A stretch of DNA of 64,000 bases from Ramazzottius varieornatus. Lineage: Eukaryota; Animalia; Tardigrada. The first letter of the stretch is position 1. Each line of letters opens with the position of its first letter. Under the pieces are notes generated by a model. The model was not told where the DNA came from. It worked only from the letters and a program-made list of their open reading frames with translations, and did no database searches. Shown piece by piece: positions 53,701 through 63,900 of this stretch. The DNA is taken from positions 1,477,624-1,541,623 of the forward strand of contig BDGG01000009.1 in NCBI GenBank assembly GCA_001949185.1, given 5' to 3'. The position numbers were made by a program, and so were the translations under genes.

Positions 53701-53800
53701 GATGGCTACATTTGACCAAGCCGTGGAACGAGTTCTGGAAGCTTTCAAGCGAGCTCGGCGACGCCTCCTTGAAGCGCGTGGAATTTTGAATGTGGATTAA
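50720..53800 (+). CDS. MKS1: Meckel syndrome type 1 B9-domain transition-zone protein
   Basis: YYRSTDPQKNFKIR; FSWQE; WPRLLFEVVSLDAWNRYRVEGYG; LRRYLVGGGAELE; SRYGFRT; VLEAFKRARRRL. Confidence 0.9.
52277..52540. mobile_element. TA-flanked palindromic MITE (Tc1/mariner-like) in an MKS1 intron
   Basis: TA|TAGAAGGCTCGGCGAAGCTAAAATAAGCCGTT ... AACGGCTTATTTTTAGCTTCGCCGAGCCTTCTA|TA; nearly the whole element is an inverted repeat with TAGCCG(T/C)GGCTAAAA subrepeats. Confidence 0.85.
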
Positions 53801-54754
53801 TTACTGTACTCGGTTCGACTTCCCTGTGTAAAGTTGGTCTGCAACTTGGCATTGTCTCTTTTTTATTGATTGTGATGTATGGATATCCGCTGCAACCTGG
53901 AATGTTACGCAATTTAGATGAACGAACATGCTGTGAAAAGTAGCAGACGTGATGTGAGAGTAAAGAACCATAGCTTTACTCCTGGACACTGGACAAACCA
54001 CACGGCTGGAGCGGTCGCATGTAATGTATGGTAATGTTAGAGTATGTAAGATAGGGAGGTACGTGAGCGTACCGGTTTTCGGGCCGAACCACTTGTGCCG
54101 AGCCGCTCATTTTGACCAACGGTTCACGAGGATAAAGCGGGTTGCTCCAAGAGAGGCTGAATACGTCGTATTGCCGTTCGCGTTTCGATACAAGAGGCAG
54201 CGTTATTGAGCGAAGACACATGACGTCAGGAACGGGTCCCGCACAACAGGACTGCCTTTCGGAGAAACAACCTTTTCTTCTCATTCTGAATTTCTGATTC
54301 CAGTATTCCAGTCGCTGGGACATTCTTGTCGAACTCTTTGCTTTCTCGCCGTTTTGTTCTTTCTATTACAGGATTTGCGGATTATCTTGATGCTGTTCTG
54401 CTCCTAACGAACTATCAGGACAGATCGATCTAAGACCGAAAGCAGCTGGATACATCCCGAAGTAGAAAGAACGCAGCCAGGCAAGTAAGTACCCTCTTAA
54501 TCTCTTATCATGTCGGTTGGTTGGGTATTCATCAAAGTTAATAGGATAGGAGGCGCGGCTACTGTCAAGCTCTTTCCATCGAACATATCTGTTTCATTTG
54601 AAGATCTTGTCCAGCTAAAGCCAGCCCGACAGCCGTGAGTGAAGTTGTTACAGGAACAATCTGACTGACCCGTTACAGGCCTGAAGGTATGTTGATATAT
54701 CATCCTGGTTTGACAAACGACGAAGATCGTTAATGAGTTCGGTCTTGGTTGTAG

Positions 54755-55209
54755 ATGTCAAACAACAAGTTTTACTACTCGGACAAGTACAACGATAGCG
54801 AGTATGAATATCGGTAAGTGGATGGTGTCTGTAGAGCGTTAGATTGTCACTTCCATTGGAGATGCCTCCTCTGCTTGCAGACACGTTGTTCTGCCAAAAG
54901 ACATGGCCAGCCGAGTTCCAAAGTCGCGCCTCATGACGGAGAATGAATGGCGTGGACTAGGCATCCAACAGAGCCTAGGATGGGAGCATTACATGATCCA
55001 CAAACCAGGTTTGTATTGCTCACCTATTTAACGTCGTTCAAGACTTTGTGGTCTCTTTATATGTTGCAGAGCCTCACATCATCCTCTTCCGACGTCCCTT
55101 GCCCGAAGACTTCAAGCGAGAAATGCAGATGAAGAAGGACAAGAAGCGTGAAGAAACCTCGGGAGCTGACATCATGCTAGCGGGACGGCGGGAAAAGATT
55201 AACGTCTAG
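54755..55209 (+). CDS. CKS1: cyclin-dependent kinase regulatory subunit (Cks)
   Basis: YYSDKY.DSEYEYRHVVLPK...[36 protein letters not shown]. Confidence 0.95.
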
Positions 55210-55598
55210 AAGTGGGGGACCATTGAAGCAAAGCAAGCGGACCAGTAGCCAAGCCTAGCTTTACATTCTACTATCAGAGGGTTGTTTTTCTCACTGTATA
55301 TTTTAGTTTTCCAAGCGAGGCCTCCACTCGACTTTTCAAGGTTTCTACATGCTGGTTCGCTATCCTTCCGTTTCCTCTATTCAGGGCCATATTCCGACCC
55401 GTTGTACATGTACGTAGCCTCACATGTAAGACATCTTGATAGTGCTCAGTAGATAGTCCATTTCCGATGGACGATAAACCGCCACACATCTCTTTTCGTC
55501 TGCTAGTCGCTGTAGAATAAACTGCAGTTGCTGCATCTTGTTTCCCCTGTCAATTCGGGTCACTTGTCCATATCCTAAAAGTCCGCATTCTGTTAACG

Positions 55599-57710
55599 AT
55601 GAATATTATAGGACTGGTGCTCCTCCTTGTCTGTAGCTTAGGTGCCTGTTATGGAAGATCTGGGCCTCGTATGGCGGAATCATGGCGGGATATTCAGCAG
55701 CAACGGAAGGCAGCGCAGGATAGCCTGGGGCAGGGGCAGTTGTGGCCCGAACCTCAACAGTACAACTGCAGCAGCAAGCTGCTCCTCCTCGAGCACTTCC
55801 GCTTCGCAGTCAAAGGTCCACGATGCAGTATCCTGGACGAAGCCATCCAGCGTTACTACAAGATGATTTTCAGGAGACCCTCCAAACCTCGCCACTGGTT
55901 AAAAGCCAACTCTTCTGGAAAGGGCGATATTGCGACGCTGTCCAAGGTGTACATTATGATCAACCCTCAGAACCCGTGTTCGGATAATGATATGCCGGAC
56001 GTTGACATGGACGAGCACTACGAAGTCAACCTGCGCGACCCCACTTTCCCCTCGCTGATTGTGGCAAATACCATCTGGGGAGCTCTGCGAGGCCTTGAGA
56101 CCTTCAGGTATAAAATTCCTTGATGTGAAAGACACAGTTGGAAAGGAGAGGGGCGTTAATGAGGGGAATAGTCTGTCTTGTTTTGCAGCCAGATGATATG
56201 GAAGCTGGACGATGGGCGTATGGTGGTCAACCAGTCCATCCTTGTCGACTACCCCAGGTTCTCCCACCGCGGCTTGATGTTAGACACCTCCCGCCACTTC
56301 ATCTCCAAGCAGGTTCTTCTGCAGAACTTGGATGCCATGGCCATGAACAAGTACGGTAACAGTTTCACTGGAAGGGCGTCGCAGTAGACTGACGATGTCC
56401 TAGCTGACCTCCTTGTTGTTTAAAGGTATAACGTCTTCCATTGGCATATTGTCGACGACCAGAGCTTCCCTTATCAGAGTCGGACGTTCCCTGACCTGTC
56501 GACGCTGGGTGCTTGGGAGCCTTATGAGCACATTTATACACAAGAGGATATCGCCGAAGTTATCGAATATGCCCGCCTTCGTGGCATCCGCGTAATCGCC
56601 GAGTTCGACACACCTGGCCATTCAGCCTCATGGGGAGCCGCCTTATCCCAGCTGCTGACACCCTGTTACAGCAACGGCTCGGCCGACGGTACATTCGGCC
56701 CTATCAACCCTATCCTCAGCTCGACCTACGAGACGCTAGAGGCACTCTTCACCGAAATCATGGAGGTCTTCCCCGATAACTACCTCCATTTGGGCGGCGA
56801 CGAGGTGGACTTTACTTGCTGGCAAAGCAACCCGGCCATCACCACCTTCATGAACAAGTCTGGCTACGGCAAAGACTACGCCAAGTTGGAAGAGTACTAC
56901 ATTCAGACATTACTGGATATCCTAGAGAAAATACCGACAAAGTTGCCGGCCAAGGTCGCCCCTAAGAGGCATGAGTTTGTGGTGTGGCAGGAAGTCTTCG
57001 ACAACAATGTGGTCCTAGACGGCAAAACCATCGTTCATATCTGGAAGGACTGGAAGGGCACCGAATGGCAGCCCGAAATGCACAGTGTAACCAAAGCCGG
57101 ATATCGGGCCATTTTATCAGCTTGCTGGTACCTCAACTACATTTCCTACGGCGCAGACTGGCAAACCGTAAGTACATACTTGAGAATATTAGGTTCACGT
57201 TTCCCCCTAGATAACTTTTCTTTTAATTTGCAGTATTACAGATGCGATCCTCAAAATTTCAACGGAACTGCAGCACAGAAGAACTTGGTTGTCGGAGGAG
57301 AAACATGTATGTGGGGAGGTGAGCTGTTAACCCGCTTACGCATAGCTTATTCGACTTCCAGCCCCTGGAGGTTCTGGACTGAACAACCCTACTGCTTGTC
57401 CTCGGTTCAAGTTCTTTTTCTCCCCAGAATACATCGACAGCACTAACGTCATGATCAAGCTGTGGCCAAGAGCTTCGGCCGTGGCCGAGAGACTGTGGTC
57501 GGCCCAGTCTGTCACTGATATCGGTAATGCCGAGAAGCGCCTGAGAGCTCACAGGTACGTCCATCATTACTGACCAGCTCTGCAATCTAACGCATTCCAT
57601 CTCAAGTCAGTTTTGTGCGACTGTCTCCCAGGTGTCGGATGAATAGAAGGGGAATTCCGGCGGAGCCCAATCTCGGACCCGATTTCTGTGCCACCGAATA
57701 CTCGCCTTAG
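55599..57710 (+). CDS. GH20 beta-N-acetylhexosaminidase (HEXA/HEXB-like)
   Basis: Signal peptide; LWPEPQ; [10 protein letters not shown]; [16 protein letters not shown]; [11 protein letters not shown]; EFDTPGH; catalytic HLGGDEV; WYLNYI; [14 protein letters not shown]. Confidence 0.95.
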
Positions 57711-57979
57711 CAAAGACCTGGCGCAACTTCGAGAGAAACTCTTTGTAACCGACCAACATTTTTTATTGTCAACTTCGATGTACGTAACGTATCTGATCCG
57801 CTGATGAGGGAAAATAAAAACTCCATGATTTGGGCGAGCGAAAGAGCGATGCTTCAGACCAGGAAAATGAAAAATTTATAAAACATCAATGTACAGTAAT
57901 TCGACAAAAGTGAACCTCGCTATCAAGTCCACAAGAAGTAGTAAAAACTCTACCGAGACACACTCTTCAGACAAACATC

Positions 57980-60900
57980 CTAATGCATCTCCACATCACC
58001 ACCACCCGGAAGAGATTCGTTCTTGACCGTCTCCCACATTGCCAAGATTTCTGTCGAGCCTTTGATAACGCCTTGCAGTTCCGCAATGGACCGTGACTTA
58101 TCTGTCAAATGATCAAAATGGTGTTACTCACTCATCAAGTTATTGAGAGCTGATTCAACCACACATTTGGGAAACAAGCAAAGAGAGACCCCCATTCCCC
58201 ACACCTGCATACAGCAGACCATTGATTCACCACACAGCGGCCCATATATGCAGTTGCATGAAAGCTTCTCCTACGATGTATCTCAGACACCTGCATACAT
58301 CGAGCCGTCTATATCCCGTGCCATGACGTATGCAGGCGAAGCGCACAGTCGCCGTGCTGCATCTCAGTCAATTATTGACGGCATGGCACTAACCTGCATC
58401 AGGCAGCAGCGTCAGCGCATGGACAGCTCTCAATGCCGCTCGCTTCAGTTCGTCCACCTTCTCGTGTTCCTGCTTGACCGAGTTGGGCTTGACCTTGAAG
58501 TTGAGCGTCTTGGCTATTTCTGTGGAAAAGTTCTCCAGTCGCTGGGTGAGGGCAGCGGGAGCCGCCTGTACCAGACGGCGCACAAAGAGAAAGCACAAGG
58601 TCTTGATGTCGTAGTGGTCAGCCAGGCCACGCAGGACATGGTCCATAAACTCAAACATGTCCAGCTTGTCCAGACAGCCGTTCAGCAGCGTGTACAAGCA
58701 CTCGTAGGCAGCTTTGCGACAGTCCAGACCATCGTCCACTTCGTGCTTAAATGGACCCATCTCCACCTCTCGAATCAGCTCCGCCTACAATCCCCACCAC
58801 AAAACACAATGGTTCTTTTTCCATAAAGTCCAATTTACTTACTAACAGACCAGACATTTGACAGAAGCCGGCCGAACTTTGATAGTGAAACCTCTCTGAC
58901 ACAAACCTTGATCTGAGTCTCTTTATAGACGAGTGGCAAAAGACTACTGAGTTTATCATTTAACAGCGACGGCTTATTGTGCGCCACTGAGTTGAAGAGC
59001 GTCAAAGCGGTTCTGCGGACACTCAAGTCCGGATCGTTGAGGAAGTTGAGAAAGGCCGCAATGACTTCTCTCAGAAGCTGGTCGATCGGACGACGCTGCA
59101 AAAAGAAGGTCACCTGCCATCTTTCACATTTGATTGCTGAAAAAGGTAAGGCTCGATAGATGGTTTGACGTACCTCGTCGGAGATGGTGAACTTGATGGT
59201 GGTCAAAATGGTACATTTAACTTGGACCGAGGGAGATCGTTGTAGAGCAGTGACCAGCAGAGGAACAAAGCGTTGAGGATCGAGCGCTGTCAGCTTGCCC
59301 AGACATTCGCCCAACAAGTTGCGATAACCTTCCTCTACCGTACCAGCTCGCGTCAAGAGAGCATTCCTGGCAAAAGACAACAATACTTACCAAAGTCCAT
59401 ACAAACAAGAGCCAAGTCACAATTCCCTCGAGCTGCTTCTGCCAGTGGCGCACTCTTCCAGTCTTATTGATTGAAAGCGTGCTCCACTGGGGGGAAAATG
59501 CTCTTGTCGACTTTCTTTGCTCTCGCTTTACTTGGCGCTAATCTATCTGGCCAGATCTTTGCTGTAGTGACTTGGTTTGCAGCCACCGTCAAATCAGCAG
59601 TAGCAATTGTGATTGGTCGATCGGCTTTTGCGGCATATCTTACTGCAGATTCTAGACTGTGGTTCCACTCTACGTTTATTTCCAGCGTGCCGGTGTGGTC
59701 TCACAGCCCGGCTCGTCAGTCTTTCAACCATGGAGCACAGTAAATAACGGCTGGGTCTGGCGCCCAAACTGACAGAGTGGGCGGAACAGTAACTGATACC
59801 ACGCCCCCTTACCGAACTGACCGTGTTGCCATTATTTCCCACTGCAAAATCTACCAATTAATCACCAAAAACTTGAATGGTCGCAGGACCACTTCGAGTC
59901 TTTGTGGATGCTGCTGGATATAATTAGCAAGCACGATAGCAGACAGAGTTCATCAAGAGTCCACTCAGTCCACCGCTNNNNNNNNNNNNNNNNNNNNNNN
60001 NNNNNNNNNNNNNNNNNNNNNNNNNNNTGCTTGCTAATTATATCCAGCAGCATCCACAAAGACTCGAAGTGGTCCTGCGACCATTCAAGTTTTTGGTGAT
60101 TAATTGGTAGATTTTGCAGTGGGAAATAATGGCAACACGGTCAGTTCGGTAAGGGGGCGTGGTATCAGTTACTGTTCCGCCCACTCTGTCAGTTTGGGCG
60201 CCAGACCCAGCCGTTATTTACTGTGCTCCATGGTTGAAAGACTGACGAGCCGGGCTGTGAGACCACACCGGCACGCTGGAAATAAACGTAGAGTGGAACC
60301 ACAGTCTAGAATCTGCAGTAAGATATGCCGCAAAAGCCGATCGACCAATCACAATTGCTACTGCTGATTTGACGGTGGCTGCAAACCAAGTCACTACATT
60401 TGCCTTACCACATTCGGTCGACAAAGGGGGCGATCATCGCCAGCGAGATTCGTTGGGATGGTACCAGGCTGATGAGTTCTTTCAAGGCATTAAAGAAGAT
60501 GTACTGCTTGTCCGAAGTCTTCTCCAGTTCCATCACGATGCCCGGCACGAACTTCTGCACGTTTCCGCCACACAGCTTACCTGCAATGGAAACAAGCCCA
60601 TAACTATACTTAGCAAAGTTCCCATCCTTCAGCGCACTCTCGACTGCTTTCGCTATATCAGACGTTGTGAGTAATCATCGTGTCGACTAAGCAGGGAATG
60701 TGAGCATAAATAACAACTTCATCATAACCATACAAATAATGATAATAGTTAACCACCTTCCAACTATAATGGGGTTCCTTACTTACCCAGCGCCACTGAG
60801 ACGATGGTTTTCGAGTCGTCCTTGCCATGCTCCAGAATGAAGTTTAAGGCTTGGCTGAGCTTTGGCTCGGCCACGGACAGATCCCTGCCGAGGAGGGAAG

Positions 60901-63900
60901 ACTGTCAGACAAGGCACAAAGTCATCAATGGCGTAACGTAAGAAAAAAGCGCTACTTGTAGTAGCCGATCTCAGCGACGATCAAGAGGCCGATCATCTTG
61001 ACGCTTTCCGACGAGTTCTTCTGCAGGATATCCTCCAAGCACTGGGCCACCACCATCAACTCTGAGCTATTAGTCAGAGCCAAGGCTGCCACACATTTGG
61101 CCGTTCCAACGAAGCCTTGACGGTGAGTGGCCGACAGGACCGTGTCGGCCGTATGTTGCGTCTCATACACCGGCTGCAGGAACTTCTGCTCAAGACAAAC
61201 CACATGAACATGCAAGTGCAACATTCGCGTACAATGTTGAAGAAGTGAAAAGAGCGGCAGTGATATCATACTTACGCGGATGAGCTGGTCAGTCTTCAGC
61301 TCGGGGTCTCTGCCACCAGCCAAAGCCAGCATTCGGCTGACGTCAATGACGGCCGTCATGGTCGCGCCCTGCATGACCGGCGAACGCGAGATCTCCACCA
61401 GCCGCTGGACGATGGGCAACTTGTTGGAAATGACCGCCTCAGGGTTGCGCTGTCCAACAGCCGCAATGACTTGCAGCGCCACCTTCACAAGGAACCATCA
61501 ACCATCTTCATTACCTACTCATTCTGGTCTTCATAGAGCTAAGTTTCAGTAACTGTTCCGTTCATAAGTAACAAGCCCATCAGAAATTCAGAGCCCGTGT
61601 TGCAGATCGGATGCTGAGTTATTCACTCTGGTTCATCTTGCACACGATCAACAAAAAAGAAGACGCCACTTGCAAAAGCTAGGCCTTCAGATGCCAAAGG
61701 TGCCATGACAGTATCACTGGATCGACCAGGTTTCACCCGCGATAGAACCCTGGACAATCGGTCAATATCGTACCTGAGAAAGCGGAAGATCGGCTTCCTG
61801 GATGAGGGCCGGCATCTCGTGAACAATGGTAATCAACGTTTGCGGATCGACACCATCACCTGCAAAAGCCAACGTTGCAAAGTCGAGAAGAGAGCTCTGA
61901 GAGACAGGGAAGAGAATAGGCCCCAGTACTTGCCATAGTCTCGGCAAAGAAGAACAATCAGCTCCAGAGTGACCATCTTCAAACTGCGAAGCTTCTTTCG
62001 CAGGAAGGACGTGCATAGATTCAGCAGTTCAACCTGAGACACGCAACCCAATCAGGCCAACCATAATATATCAACATTAATTATGGATTTATACATTTTG
62101 GTGAAATGGGTCAAATCAGATGTCTTGAGTAATCATCGTCTGCACTAAGCAGGGAATGTGAGCTTAAATAGCAACTTCATCATAAGCGCAAGGAAAGAAT
62201 GCTTCAAAGGGTGTCCAGAGGAAAAGGAGACGTACCAGGATAGGAGAGACGTCGTTCTTCAGGGGAGAGCCGACGACGACCACCAGCGCTTTGACGGTGG
62301 ACAAGCGTGTCGGTTCGTTCTTCAGCCGGTCAACGAAAACCGGCAGACACTCACTCAATTCCTTTGCCAGCAAGTCTCCCAGTGAATGGAACAGCTGGCC
62401 CCTATAACCAACATCTCCCAAACTCAAATTCCATTTATACTGAGCGACCAACTTTTTCAAACAAATCTTTCATTAGAAAATCCAAATCCAGAGAAAAAAC
62501 GAACCTGGCCATACTTACATGCAAGAAACGGCTCGCTCCTTAATTTCCTGGTCCAAAGTTGGGTCTTTGAATCGCCTGAAGACTGTCGAGTACAGCTCCG
62601 GCACAAGGCCTTGCAGATCTGCCATCGGTGGTCGATCTGAAAAAGACTTCAACTTCAGCAGACAGTACTAAACTCATCTTGTCTCCCAAGTTTCATTGAA
62701 TGAATCGAATTCGTATCAGAGAAATTTGCAATGCATCATTCAGTCAGCCCCGTCTTGAAACCATCATTTACATTTTTCAGCCTTGTTCGCACTGATGGGA
62801 CCAAGAACTGACGTACCGAGTGGACGAATAACAGTTATCAGCTGCTCGGTGGCCAGAAGCGATTCGGCGATGACTTTGTAGAAAGTGTCCGAGGTACATT
62901 TGGTGATCATCTACAATTATACACTAGTCTAACCCTCCGTAAAAACGGAGGACCCAACCTCCATTAGTCGAAGGCCATCGGCAAAATATCCTTACCTTAA
63001 CAAGAAGCGCTGCATGAGGCGCAAACACTTCCGGTGGGTGGGTGGAGAAGGTATTTTGCAGAAAGTACAGAGCTTCCAGTTTGATGTTGGAGACGGAAGT
63101 CTTGTCCCTGAAAAGAATAAAGCGACTGAGGCTGGAAAAGTGCGACAATGGAACAGCAGTGTTATGTTCTTACAGGAGACAAAACTCCAGTCCGGGAAGT
63201 AGAAGGCCGATAGAGTCGCTGAGACAGCCGGGCATGATTTGCACCAGCCTTCCCAGCAGCTGCAACGAGGCCTGTCGCGACTTCAAGCTCTTGTCGGCAA
63301 TCAGTCGCTTCATGGACTTGACCAAGCTCGGCAGTTGTTGTCGCAGTGCATCCGCCACACTGTAACAAGCAACGCTCAACAGTCGACCCTGATTTCAAAG
63401 TCAGTAAAAGTCATTTTAGATTGTTCCGATCATAAGTAACAAGCTCGTTGTGGGACAGATCAAAGCCCGTGTTGCAGATCGGATGCTGAGCTGTTAACTC
63501 TGGTCACTTTTGCACACGAAGAATTATTAGAGAGGACAGCTAAGAGACAGCCGCATCTCAGATGCCAAATGTGCCATTGCCTAAAGCCAACTGCAGTTGT
63601 CAACAGTTTGTCGGATCCTTACCCCACTCGTGCATCTTTGTCGTCGACCAAATCGCTCTTCTTCCGGCTTCCGCCCATCGAATACTCCGTCTGCTGCAGT
63701 AGAGAGAGGAATGCCGTAATCACGTCCACCCGCACCGTTTCTTCCCTGTCTGCAAAACACCACAAAAACCCACCATGTGATCTTCGTTGGACAACACGAA
63801 ATAGACAAGTCTGATGTTGATACGTGCTTATATGTATCAGCAGAGAAATTTACAATGCATCATTCAGTCAGCCCCGTCTTGAAACCATCATTTACAAGCT

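Noticed and set aside
58143-58826. Long antisense ORFs (e.g. 58143-58826 +, 2568-3203 -, 44899-45507 -)
   Set aside because: Shadow or alternate frames of real coding exons, with no motifs.
59594-60367. Mirror-image identical ORFs (MVDFAVGNNG..., MWMLLDIISK...)
   Set aside because: By-products of the transposon's inverted repeats; no recognisable protein.
59563-60398. Pure misassembly explanation for the inverted duplication around the N gap
   Set aside because: Disfavoured, not excluded: TG...CA termini and a perfect 5-bp TSD fit a true insertion.
61596-61647. SECIS-, RNase P/MRP- or U13-like interpretation of the duplicated CAND1 intron element
   Set aside because: Intronic rather than 3' UTR; no CR-I/CR-V motifs; CUUGUUAC is only 8 nt and lacks terminal C/D boxes. 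H/ACA fits better.
62741-62762. rRNA-like sequence CCCGTCTTGAAAC (and AGGGAATGTGAGC) as rRNA fragments
   Set aside because: Only 13-15 nt long and framed by C/D boxes on the opposite strand, so they are snoRNA guides, not rDNA.
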